In this document: piece by piece, positions 35,044 to 48,091 of the stretch
Numbering within the stretch: position 1 is the first letter of the stretch
How the letters are laid out: every line of letters begins with the position of its first letter
Source of the DNA: Sphagnum compactum
Taxonomy: Eukaryota
Direction: 5' to 3'
NCBI GenBank assembly: GCA_965153455.1
Contig: OZ234493.1
Location: forward strand, 31,176,213-31,240,212
Length of the DNA stretch: 64,000 nt
The notes under the pieces: model-generated
What the model was told of the DNA's origin: nothing
Seen by the model: the letters and a program-made list of their open reading frames with translations, nothing else
Databases searched by the model: none
Program-made: the position numbers and the translations under genes

Positions 35044-38000
35044 TGAATGTTTGAACTTGGGAGCTGGAGAAACTCTGAAGCCTAGAATGATTTCTTTTAC
35101 TTTCTTTTGTCTTATGTTGATTTGCTATGGGGACATTTTCCCCCAAGGGTTTTGAAATAAAATGTTGGAGCAAACTGCTGGCCACTCACATATTTTTTTG
35201 ACTCTTCTTCCTGCATTACTGGCTTTTTCGAAGATTTCCATCAAATCTTTCCTTTCCAAGCTCATTGTCCCCTTATCAACAACTTTTTAAGTTTCACGCA
35301 AAGTTGGGAGGAGGAAGTGACTCATGATGTACATGATGTGCCATGTAGTAAGTTTAGAAGCCCATGAAATGTTGTCTTTTCAAGCTCCGTGTCTCCTTGT
35401 GAACGACTTTAAAATGAAATCTCAATATATTTGCGCCATTTGTTAAATTTTTAGAGCTCCTCATCTCTCCTTCTGTCAAAAAGTCTTTCAATCACCGACC
35501 CTCTGCCACTGAGCTTGACTTGGGGGTGCCAATGGCTTGTCTTGTCTGCTGGGTCTGCTGTTGTGCTTCCTAAAGTAAAACGGCTTTCAATTTTATGGAA
35601 AAAGTTGGGAGGAAATGGCTAAGAGCATGACCAGCATGATACATGTTAATTTATTTTTTCAGATCCATGTTGGTGAGTAGAGAACAATAATGAGATGGTT
35701 ATAAGGATGGAGGTAGTTATTAAATAAGAAGTGAGATAGCTGTTAAGAAAAAAAAGGTAATTAGACTTGGAAATGACATAGTTGTCTTTGGAATCCACCA
35801 TGTGTGGATTTTTAATTGAAATGACATGTCACAAAAATGCAAGTGATGAAAACTAAGTACTGCAAGTAGTATGGATAGCTTGAATGAAATATTTCTTGTC
35901 GTTCTGATCTTCGATGCATCAAAGGTTTTTAGTTCAAAGTATGTTATAAAAATGAAAGGTTAAGAGTTGATGCAAGTCAAAATTTGATTGCTTTAATATT
36001 TGGAAACTTTGGCGCCCAATTCTTGTTTGAGGCGTGGTGATTTTGTGGAACCATTAACAAGTGGCCTGTTAATTGCATCTTTGGGAAAAAGTAATGGTGA
36101 TCCTCAATAAGTGTTGCACTTTGTGAAAGGGATTTTTCCAAAAGATAATGCTATTAAGAGCAATATCTAATCTTGCTTGAAACCAGAACTTTCATATGCT
36201 TGAATGCTTTTCTTCAATGGTAAAATTTGGCCAGTGTATCTAAAAATTAAAAGTGCAAACTGAAAAAATCTTTGGGTATTCAACTGAAAAAATTTGAAAA
36301 TTTTGCAAAAAATCCACTAGCCTTCTATATTTGGCTCTGGTAGGTAGCAAAATATTCAAAGGGATGTATTTTTTTTGTGCTTTGATATCTAGTTTGTACA
36401 AGTCAAATTGGTTAAACCTTGCTAAAGATGTTGATCATCACTTCAGCTACATCATAAAGTTGACAAAAAGAAATAGTAATGTCATCATCACGTGGGATAT
36501 AGTTGAAGAACACAATTGGAAATCAGCGATTAGAAATCAATGTTTCAAGTTCAAACCATTGTTGGTTGGGTTTTGGTTTATTGGAATTGTTGGGTATGAG
36601 TCAAGGGTTTTCTTTAAAAGAAGACTTTTTGATTTCAGGTCTACTTAATATCTTTAGAAATTGAAATTCATTAGTTTGAGGTCAAATATTTTTCACCAAA
36701 GGTTCCAGATTTGATAGGTTTTAATCTTTATTATTGTAGTATTTTTTCAGGTTCGGCATCTCATTGTTGAATAATTATTTTATTTTGAAAAATTAGTTTT
36801 GGCGCAATTTTTTTTTGAATTTGGACAAAATTTAAATATAATTTAAAATATTCGCATGTCCTTAATCATCAAGGTTCTATGCAAACGTTTTGCATCACAG
36901 CACATGTTTTCATCCCACAACCTCCCCTGCAGAAAATGTTCCACTAACCATTGGCATACCATCAAGCACCGAAAGGCAATTTACATACATGTGTTAGAAA
37001 CTTTGTTAGTCATACCAATAACATACATGCAGAGTATGAATAAAACTTCGTCAAGCTCACGTTTTTGGGTTGGCTTGCTTTTGTCCCCTTGAGGCTTGAA
37101 GCTTGCTTTCTTTGTTGGCTACTTCTTTTTATCTATTATTTCAAAACAGCAGTAGGAACAGTACTGACAATTTAAGATATGCCATTAGGTAGTCAACCCT
37201 CTTAACTCCATGGAAGTATGGGGTAGTGATTGAAGATTCCTCAGCTCTGTTTACTTTGGAGATCAAGGGATAAAGATCTCAACAAAATGTCCACTTTTGT
37301 AGCACCTTGTAATGTGAATTGAAAGAACTACAATATAGCATCATTGACAATGATGCAATATGATTTTTTGTCCATGGGTCCAGATTTGAATTTGCACTGG
37401 TACTGAAACATTTTGATACGCTTCGTAGAAATAGAGAATTCCACATGAATTACTGAAACCACATATTGTTCAGTGTTTTCAGTCAGTTTGCAAATTTTCT
37501 AAATTAAAAATTACACCCAACGTAAGCCAAAGATATAGATGTCAGTTAGGTTTCCCAAGAAAATCACTGCTTAATAAAAAAAAAAGTTCATGGTTTTTGA
37601 ACTTCAATGGTAAACTTCTTCCTCAGGATCAATGCAAAGCTTGCAGCCTTGCAATGACTTTCATGTAGTGAAACTTTTTCCTAGGCCAAATTTTTTGTAG
37701 CATGGAACATGCCTTGTCCATTCCACCCAGGAACTACTGTGATGACTATTGTTCCATTAGGTAGTAATGGGTTCATCTAGGGCTGTTCCAAACTGTGATC
37801 CATCTTCTCATCATTGCCTCACATTTCAATCGTATTCTCAGTCGACAGTTCACATTAAAATGGACATTGACAACACACAAAGGAACATGCAGATGGTTGC
37901 CTATCCCACTTAGGAAAAGGCCTGGAAAAATCCTGAAATAGGATCCCAAATCCAGTACTCTTACAGAAGAAAAGGGTGGAAAACACGAATTCTTTGCTTA

Positions 38001-39169
38001 TGGAACGAAAGGTGTGAGCTCATATTTAAGGTTGAGGTGTTCATTGTAGGACACATAATGGGTACCATATCAACAACAATCAACAACAATAGGTTGAAGT
38101 TTCTACAAGAGTGGGAAAGAAGGTCAATATGCACTTTAATATAAATCCAAGTGATGAAAGCTTGAGGGACAAGTATGGGAATTTGCTAAGGGTGAAAGTT
38201 GAAGATTGTGGCTTAAACATCGAATACTTTAATAAGATGGATGTTCAAGGATCAAACAAAAAGCCTACAATTTTTTTAATTATTGGTAGTTTTTAATAGG
38301 TTTTGACAATTTCACCAGTGATTCTCTTGTGGACAATTTCCCAAATGAAATTATATTTTTTGATTAAGGTAAATAGAGATACATGAAAATTTCAAATTTT
38401 TGAGGTGACAAAACTCACTCATCCAAAACATCTCAGGCAGCCAACCATGTGGAAATATTAGGAGCACGTTAAGAACCACCTTCTTCTCAACGTGCAGTCT
38501 AGCTATGAGAAGAACGTGCAATCAAGCTATGGCATAAGGACTTGAAGCTCTTCTTTCTCTAACATCAAATAAATTTTTGTTCTCCATTTTGGGAAAAAAT
38601 TCTAGACAGTTTCACTATTTGAAGTTTAAAATAACATCAGAGAGCTAATTAATACCTAAACTAGCTCATCTGAATAGAAATACTGAAACCAGCCACCAGT
38701 TGATTATAAACATAATGAGCATACTCTTGTTCACCACCACTTTCTAAAAAGATATAGATAGTTATGAAAAAAAGAAGCTCTTGGAGTTCAAATTGTTTAA
38801 GTTGTATCAAAAATTTTGTTATAGTGCTATTTTTTTCTGTCTTTTTTATCTAGTTTTTTTTTATCATGTAAAAATATATTTATGTATAATTATGATGAAA
38901 TTTAAAAGTATAATGACCTAAAATATGGTCCTTCTAAAATATTTGATAATTTTTAATTCATAATTTTTATTTTTATTTTATGAAATCAAAATATAAGATT
39001 AAAAAACTGTAGTAAGGATTAAGTTTTTTCCATCATGTGGGATACACCTTAAAAAAAAAAAATTCACCCCTGACGTATATCTCTAATTCAAAGTAGCATC
39101 AAAAAAAATTTGTGTTCAAAAAACATTTATGAAAAAAAGTTTAGAGTACCCACTGGCACAATTTGGACC

Positions 39170-41140
39170 AGCAGTAGATAGCTAAATAATTAACCAGTTC
39201 AATGTTTAATTAGCTACCTAGTGAATTGGTAAGTGACAAATAAGTTATAAAATTAACCACACAAATGTTGATTTAGCCAGTTAATAATTCAGCCCAGAGA
39301 GGCTCATAGAAACTACTTGAGCTCCACAGCCATCTGTTAACTAATGATCAAATTAACTTGTAGTTAACTAACAGGTAGTAAAATTAAGTAGCTAATAATT
39401 GATTAGCCAGTTAATAATAAAGCCAGAGAGGTGCATAAAAACTAATTGGAACTAACAATTGAATAAGTGGTAAACGATTAATAGGTGATAAGATTAACTA
39501 GCTGCTGATTTAGTTAGTTAATAATAAAGCCAGAGAGGGTTCATAAAAACCACTTTGACTCACTAGCACTCTTGCTGAGCTCATGCAGACTACAAACATG
39601 GTCGCCCTGGCCAAGTTTGTGGCATGCTGCCAGTACCAGAGGACAATCTGTCCTCCATGATCTACCTTTCGTCTAATGGACTCTCTGGTCCCAAATGGAC
39701 GTAAAATTGTGAACAGTAACCAGACTCCACAGGCCCAATCTTTTTTCGCCCACTGATACAAATTTATTTTATTTTTTGGGGGATAAATGTGACAAAGCAA
39801 ATTTATGTCGGGTTTCTGATCACCAAATTTAGACATATTTGGACCTGAATTGCTGAGATTCTACCTCAGGTTGCAACATGTAGCCAAATGCATAGAAAGA
39901 TCCTTAAATCCATGTACTTTCCTATTTTCTTTGTAACCAAATCTGGCTAGATCATCTTCTTATCAATGATTGCAAGTTATGATACATCAAAATTTCAAAA
40001 AAAAACAAGAAACACTGCACTGTCACCCACTATCTAACTAATGATATATTAACTGGTAATTAATTATTGAGTAAATAAAATCAACTAGTTAAACGTTGAC
40101 AATTAGCTAGTTAATCATTCAACCAGAGAGGTTGATAAAAAGCTACGTGGTGGTAGCGGGAAACACCTACTAGTTTAACTAAATTCAATTAAGTGGTATT
40201 TAATAAAGATGCAAATAAAATTTAATAAGCTAGAAGTTGGTTTAGCCAGTTAATAATTAAGGCAAAAAAATTCGTTATAAAAACTGCTTATTAGAGCTGC
40301 CACCAATTGACCAGTTAACGAACAGCTCATCAGTTACCTAATAGTCCAGCATCTAATAATTCAGCTGGCAGAGAGGTTCATAAAAAGCGACTTGGTAGTG
40401 GGGAGCATCCACTAGTTTAAGTAAAATCAATTAACTGGTAATTAATAAATAGTTAAATAACAACTAGCAAGAAGTTGATTTAGCCAGTTGATAATTAAAG
40501 CAAAAAAAATTCATTAAAAAAACTGCTTATTAGATCTGCCAGCAATTGATCAGTTAACTAGCAATCCAACGATTAACTAATAACAATCTAGCAGCAAATA
40601 ACTCAGCCAGAGAGCTTAATAAAAGCTACTTGGTAGTGGGGGAGCACCCACTAGTTTAACTAAAATCAATTAACTGGTAATTAATAAATAGGTAAATAAA
40701 ATTTAACTAGCTAGAAGTTGATTTAGCCAGTGAATAATCAAGGCAAAAAGTTTCGTTAAAAAAAACTGTTTATTAGAGCTGCCACCAATTGACCAGTTAC
40801 CTAAGAGCTCTTAGAGCTCATCAGTTAACTAACAAACCCACAGTTAACTAATGACAACTCCAGCAGCTAATAATTCGGCCAGAGAGGTTAATAAAAAGCT
40901 ACTTAGTAGTGGAGAGTATCCACTAGTTTAACTAAGATAAACTAACTGGTAATAAATAGGTAAAGAAAATTGAACTGGCTAGAAGTTGATTTAGCCAGGC
41001 TTAATGCAAAAGGTTTCATTAAAAAGACCTGTTTATTAGAGCTGCCACCAATCAACCAGTTAACTAAGAGCTCATCTGTTAACTACTAACAATCCAACAG
41101 CTAATTAACTGGAAGTTCGCAATTAACTAACTGTGACAAG
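39170..41140. repeat. AT-rich tandem array downstream of the P450 (~120-bp units, then four ~240-270-bp units)
   Basis: The anchor 'gccagagagg(t)tcataaaa' recurs at ~39295, 39423, 39530, 40123, 40368, 40606 and 40878. The array is interrupted at ~39560-40030. Confidence 0.85.
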
Positions 41141-41201
41141 TTTATAGAGCCCTGTGTTTTTGGGCGGGCCGGCAGGCAGGCAGGCAGGCAGGCAGGCTTA
41201 T

Positions 41202-43171
41202 TTAATAGAGGTAGTTAGGCAAACGGGGTTTGCAAACAACTTTGAGGGAGGTTGTGCGTGGCATGGTTAGGCCAAAAGTCTCGTTCATCTCAAGGGTAGT
41301 GGGGTCTTGGCCGTCGGGGAGAGAGAATTGGAAGCTGTGCATGAGACGAGCCAATCCGATCTGCACAAACAAAAGACCCAGCGGCATTCCTGCGCATTGA
41401 CGACGGCCAGAGCCAAACGGAATGAGCTGAAAATGGTTACCAGTCACATTAATCTCTGGGTTTTTTATGAACCTTTCGGGGTCGAATTCCTCTGGTCTTT
41501 CCCACCATTTCGGGTCCCTCTGGATGGCGTAGATGTTGATGAATAGTTGAGTGTTGGCTGGGAAATCAAAGCCTCCTAGTTTTGTGTCTTGCAAGGATTT
41601 GTGCGGGATGTTGAGAGGAGCTGGTGGGTGTAATCGGAAAACCTCTTTCACTACTGCATTTAGATAGGGAAGATTGGGGATGTCTGTCTCCGTTACTGTT
41701 CTCTCCTTCCCTACTACTCTGTCTAGCTCCTCTTGTAGCTTCTTTGCTGCCTCTGGGTGTCGGACCAACTCTGAGATCCCCCATTCCACTGTGTTGGATG
41801 ATGTGTCTGTTCCTGCGACAAGCATGTCCTAGAAAAATTCCCACAACAACAACACCACAAACGCTCATTTTAAAGAACAATCATCTTAAAGCTTCACTAA
41901 TTCAGTTTATGCGCGCTTTTGCATACTGACTCGGACATGGTTTTTGTTTTGTTATATACCTGGAGCACGGCTTTGATAGCAGTATCAGCTAGGTGACCGG
42001 TTCCATCTTCTGCAGGTTGGCGTAGTAGAATATCTACAAAGTCATCAGGATTCTTAGCTGCCCCGTCTTTATTCTCATCCACGGTCTTTCCATTCTTCTT
42101 CAGCTGCAGAAACTCCTGAAGCATGTCGTCCACTTCTGCCTTCACCTTCTTCATGTACTTGCTGAAACCTGTGACCACCGTGACCCACTTCAACCATGGG
42201 ATGTAATCACCGATGATGATCGCTCCTGCTAATGACATGAATCTTGTATTCAATTCCTTGAATCTGAAAGCCTCGTTTTGCGCCGCCACGTCCGCTCCAA
42301 AGAATCTGCACAAAAATTCGCACACATGGGTGGTGGATCGATCATGCCCGGATCACAAGCTAGTTCAGCAAATTTACTGATTTTCAAATGATCGCTTGCA
42401 GGAACCGCAATGTCCTTGAACAACAAGTTCGTCGTACAAACAAAAACAACAACTCCTAGAATACGTGGGTTTTGTTCCCAGATGCTATAGCGCCACTTTG
42501 TATTTGTACCTTTTGTTCAACAACATGCGAGTGATGTTGTTGAATGCGAGATGGTTAAGCTTGACTGCAAGATCCACGACTTTCCCTTCTTGGCTGTCAT
42601 CCCAGATGGCTCGCACCAATTGGCTGAACTCCTGAGTTCGGAGAGGACGGAAAGTCTCCAAGCGCTTGGTGGTGAAAAGCTCAATGGTGCAGATCTTGCG
42701 CAAATGGCGCCAATAATCGCCGTAGGGCGCCCACACAATGTTCTTGATATTCTCATGGAAGATATCAGCACCTGGTGGCGCCGGTCGATCAGCCCACACT
42801 TTGTCTTGCACTTTCACGAACTCTTGTGCAGCTTCGGCAGAGGACACAACCACGAGTCCTTGACTACCCAATTTGAGGTACATGATGGGACCATACTTCT
42901 TGGCCAAGTTCCAGAGACTGATATGCGGCTTGTCAGTAAACTGATGCATGTTGCCAATAATGGGCAATTGTCTGGGACCAGGAGGTAGCTTCAGCTTCTT
43001 CCGTCCTTGCAATCCTCCTCCAAACAACATCTTCACAAACAATAACACAGTCACAATGCTCACAAGTCCCCATACAAGTGGAGATCCCCCAGAACCAAAT
43101 TGCAGTCTACTTAGATTTGCCACCCTAAACACCCCCTGAGCTACGTCCATGTTTTCTGCCGTCAAGCTCAT
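41202..43171 (-). CDS. Cytochrome P450, A-type (CYP71 clan), ~544 aa, 3 exons
   Basis: Exons 43171-42510, 42305-41960 and 41828-41202 are GT-AG and in frame. Motifs: TM anchor, LPPGP hinge, WRHLR, AGTDTS, EVFR, PERF and heme loop PFGSGRRQCAG. Confidence 0.95.
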
Positions 43172-46095
43172 GATCTCCAGCAGGAGCAACTCCCCCCCCA
43201 AAAAACAAAATTCCCACCCGTTCACAAAACTTCAGTCTCAAGCTAACTAGCTACAGATGAGTGAATGATCTGAAGAATTGCAGATCAGCTTGAATGACAC
43301 TCAAGTGCAGCTCAAAACTCCAGCTGATGATCAATTGGGGAAAAAATCTATTCTCTAGTACATCTGCAGCAGAAACTCAGTTCAGCATTTGTAACTAGTC
43401 TTGATTCTCGACTGTCGCTGCTGGTTTGGATATCTGCAGATGAGCTTGCAGTTCGCAATTTATGCAGAAGCGGCAGCTGCGGCGTGCAGGAACTTCTGCT
43501 CTGGGTGCGAAGCTGGTGCGGTCGTGGGGGGGCGAACCTGAGGGCGGTCAGACTGACCACAAAGGGTGAACGTACGTAACACCGTCAATAGTAAACACTT
43601 GTTACCACTCACGAGTAACGACTTTCATCAATTAATCTCTACATTAGCAAACTAAGGAAAACGCAGCACCGGTGTCCTCTGTTTGGTCATAAAGAGGGTG
43701 AGATTTCTAAAAAATAGCTAAACTAATACGATTGGCCTTAAAGGGGGACTGAAAATCAGATTAGCACCAAATTTGGTCAAATTTTGAGTTTTTTTTTCCC
43801 CTGATTGCCTTAACTTACTCTTTGCTGGTGCTCTGAGTATTGTAACTATAAATAAATATTCTTGAACCTCCTGCATTTGATCCTGAGTTCCAGTATATTA
43901 TATTCATATTTGATAGAATTTCTTTTTTTTTTGAGGCAATGTGCAGAGAGAAATTTTTTCTGTCAACCAGTTATGAGCTGCCAACTTGAAAAACCATTCA
44001 GTCAAAAGTGCTAAAAACGTCTGGGTTGTCACCTATTGGAGGTAGCTTTAAGGTATAATTTTTTGAACAATTAAATTTTTTTCCTTTAGAATTTGAATCA
44101 GTTTTTTGAGCAAACAACTTGATTAGCATGCATGTAACTAATTCTCAATTCTCCTCAGACATTGTTTTGCGAATAATAATGTTTAGACTAGTGTTGAGCG
44201 ATTCCCATTGGGACCTTCTTTTCTCAAACTGATTCTCACATGGAAAATTGATTGCTATGACCAAAGATAATAATCAGTTTAAGAATTGGACCTACAAGTG
44301 AAAACCTAGTGAGAACTAGGTATCGATAATTTTTTTTTTTTTGGAAAATTGAATTCATTTTATAAGAGGACCAGAACCCAGTTCTCTGGTTAGATTAGTG
44401 TTAGTAGGTACGTTATGTTTATTTAGGGTTTAGGTTAGTAGTTAGATTATATTAGTTTGTAAGCAACGGTGCTCATTATATAAAACCCTTTTTGGGGTTT
44501 ATTAATCAAATTTGCTCTTTGCTTAATTAATAAGGAGTGAAGACAAGGTAGCTTCTTTATCCGATTTATTATTGTCATAAAAATATATATGTTGCAGTTT
44601 TTGTAATTAATTTCAATTAGTGGGAAGCTTTAATAATGTTATTTTTTCTCTAGATCTGCAAGCAATTTTTTTAAAAAAAAGAAGCATTACAATTTTAAAA
44701 AGTAATTTAAAATTTTTTTATAGTAAGCAAATTGCTATTAAGATGATTGCACGAGTGTTTTTTCTATTGACATAGCATATCTTTCAATTCATTGTTGATT
44801 TTTTTCTCTTATTGTGTTTGTTTGTGTTCTTAATCAATTTAGTGGTCATCAATTTTTAAGTAATGTTTAAAATTTGGTATCTTTATTTGTTTGAAATTGA
44901 GAAAAAGGAGTTTGTTGTTGTTTTTGAGTTAGATTTTTTAGCTTTTAACATAAAAAAGAAGTTAGCAATATTTTAAATGTTTTTCTTTTTTGTTTGAAAA
45001 GAATATGAAAAAATTTATTTATAACATGTTTTTTATGTTGGATCCACATGAAAGCATTTTTGGGTGGTACCATTAGAAACCACCTCAAGGAATGGTTAAA
45101 GAACCAAAAATAGAGAAATCATTTTTTTCAGCCCTTTACTTTAAATATTTTCACAACTATTTTTTTTTCTCATGTTTATCAATTGCATGCTTTAATATTT
45201 GGTTTGAAGTTTATTTTGGAATTAATAAAAATAAAAATTGTTAAAATTTTGTATTCCTAATCAAAATGTCCTTTTCAAAAATTCATAGCTATAACTTTGG
45301 AAATTCATAACTAAATTATACTTAATCAATTAATTGTCTAATAAAAACATAAAAATAAAATGACTTCCAAATTATCGTAAAAAAATAATTCTCAATTTTT
45401 TTAAAAATCATGTTTCAAATTTGTGTTCATAATTAAAAAGTTCAAGGAAAGGAACTAATATGACAATCCTGAAACTTTTTTCTAAATGCAATGATTAGGA
45501 ACATCAAGATACATAATATTTTTTATATTATTGAAAATTAAAAATCTATGAAACCTAATAAATATACTCATTAAAAAAAATGAAAATATTTATTTAAGTG
45601 TTTCTTATGATTTTTGAAAGTTCAATGGGTCTAGGAATTTGTAGTATTGGTGGACTTTTTGAGAAGTCTGACCTGAGTTTGACCCATCAAGCTTTTGAAT
45701 GTTGGGCCTTGCCGTCTGCCAAACGTTATCTGTCCCATCGAGCATCGTCCGGCGCCCTTTCCGGGACCGACAGTGCAGCCGTGCGAAGAACCGTGTGGTT
45801 CTGTTCTGCCGTAGGGTTTGACTTTTTGACTGTAAAAGTCATTGAAATAGAAAAGAAAACAGACTTCTCTCAACACATGTATCGATGCCAGCGGTTAGCA
45901 CCATACTCTGTGCTTGAGAAGTCCAGTGTTCAAACCTACTTAAGGGGTGCATTCACACCTAATGTTAAGTCAGTGTTAAGTGAAAATCTAGGTGGCATCT
46001 AAGGTGACACCCAATGTGAAAATGGGTGATTGTTTTATTATAATATGGGGTTTAGTAAATTGATTTCAATATGTCGTTTATTCTCACATGGAATT

Positions 46096-46283
46096 ACATA
46101 TAGTAAAGGACGTCGGGATGAAAAATGAAGCTTCCCCTGAATCCGTCCCGTCGTCCCTCTGTCCATCCCGTCATCCATCCAAACAGAACAAATATATATT
46201 TTAAAAAGTTTTTAAAAACTAAAACATGAACCAAACATTGTTGAAATAACACACCTGTGCATTAGGCACGGGGTTCAAACTAG
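46096..46283 (+). mobile_element. Short non-autonomous Helitron (~190 bp)
   Basis: 3' hairpin (GTGC-attag-GCAC) lies about 10 nt before a terminal CTAG followed by T. The 5' end 'catatagtaaagg' lacks a clean TC. No TSD. Confidence 0.6.
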
Positions 46284-47762
46284 TATAAGTCGTAAACCAC
46301 ATACAAGCACATTTATGATCGGGACAAGCGCTTGGGGGCATTTATTAGATTTAGGAATAGACCATGAGAATTATTATGACAGTTCACAAGATTTTGTAAC
46401 TATGGTTCTCAAAAAAAATAATCAAAGACCCTATTTTGATATATGACCATGGCTCTCAATTTTGTTAGAATTTTTTTCAAATAATTGTTGCCCAATACTG
46501 GTTGCAACCATTGAAAAGAAAATTTAGCCAACATTGGCTATAAACTAGACATGAAAATTAAAACAATATAGGGCATCTTGGCTATTTGTTGGAACCTTTA
46601 TGGAAATATGGTGATTTGGAAAACCAATTCTTGAAATATGGTGAATTTGGGTCATTTTTTTCATGGAAAATCCTTTGTGTGAGTCCAAATTATACTTTTC
46701 AGATTAAAAACAATGAAGTTTCACCCCCCAACATAAAGATGATTCCTTCACAATATCCATTTGTTTACTTATCAATATCTATTTGTCACTCCCACCAAAG
46801 GTTTGGAAGAAAACAAAAGGGTCACAAATATCAGCCTATGTGACGAGGAGTACTAAATGTAGAGAACTGGCTTGGCCATATTTCCCCAGGAAAGAAGGCA
46901 TCCAGGGAACTTAGCATCACTCACTTCCTTTGAAGAGGATCTGGAGAACTTGCACAATGGATGAAAATATGAAAAACTTTGTCCAACTTCCTTAAAGAAG
47001 GCATCCAATGAGAAAGTTGCATCAAAGACGAAAATCCAAGGAATTTAACCACAAGTAACGAAGGCATCTGAAAAACTTACAAAGTGGATGAAATTATAGG
47101 TAGCTTGGCTTGCTCCCAAGCAAGACATTTAACAAAGTTCCATACATACAATAGAGAAATTTGTAAACCCTGTGTTTGCCTGAAACACAGACTCAGATAC
47201 AAAAATTGACATAACAAAATACAAAACAAGTACACTAGCATACAACCAGACCTTAAACTCCTTTTAGCACCAAAGTTGATGCTATAAGGAGTTTCATGCT
47301 GACATTTTAATTTGCCCTAGTGCTAAACCTTCACTATTGGCTATCCCTATGTGGTGTGCCCTCATTATTTTTTAATGTTGTGTCCATTTTATGTTTTTTT
47401 TTTGGCTTCACCTTTGAATCTTATGAACTTCATCCTAGGTATTTTATTTTATTTATTTTTATCAATTTTACCCATTTTTCAGATAACTTTCATTCGAGGA
47501 TGTACTAGGATAAAGAATGAAATTAAGGTTCAAAGACAAGATGACTTTAAAGGAAAGTCTAATATGTTGTAAATGTTTTGTACATGTTTTTCCAGTATTT
47601 TATGAAAGTCTATTATTGGAATTTATCTAAAGTCTATGGCTTCAAACTATCTTTAGCACATTTTCTTTTCTTCCAACACATTATTTAGCTTGATCTTTGG
47701 AGTGGCTTTCCTGAAGCCAAGTTGTTCAGGTGCAAAGCATAACGAAATATCCCGCCTATGTT

Positions 47763-48091
47763 AGAACGATCTTTAGATGAGAGTCCAAGGTCCAATGAAA
47801 TAGAACAATCTTATTGGCTGAGAGTTATAAATTGGACCCATGACCTTTGGATGAGGGTCCAAGGCCAAAAAGTGACAAAGAAAGGCTAAACCTACATGAC
47901 ACCATTTTGGAGGAAAAATCAATTGGTTCAGACCTAAAAAAAGAGCTCAAAGGAGAGCTCATCATTTGAAGAACAAAGTTGCAAGCTAAGGTCCAAGGGA
48001 GGGTCCAACTCAAGGATTCAGTTTGCTTCAAATGAGTCCAAATTTGTTCCTAGGAATTTGGACCTTGGACCCCCGATCTGAAGTGGGCTTA
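47763..48091. mobile_element. Degenerate MITE with GTCCAAGGTCCAA / TTGGACCTTGGAC inverted ends
   Basis: Left end 'ctttagatgagagtccaaggtccaa' pairs imperfectly with right end 'ttggaccttggacccccgatctgaag'. Flanks are TTA/TAA-like. Confidence 0.45.

Noticed and set aside
37180-37880. Exon-like minus-strand segments
   Set aside because: There are stops in all frames I tried and no family could be recognised.
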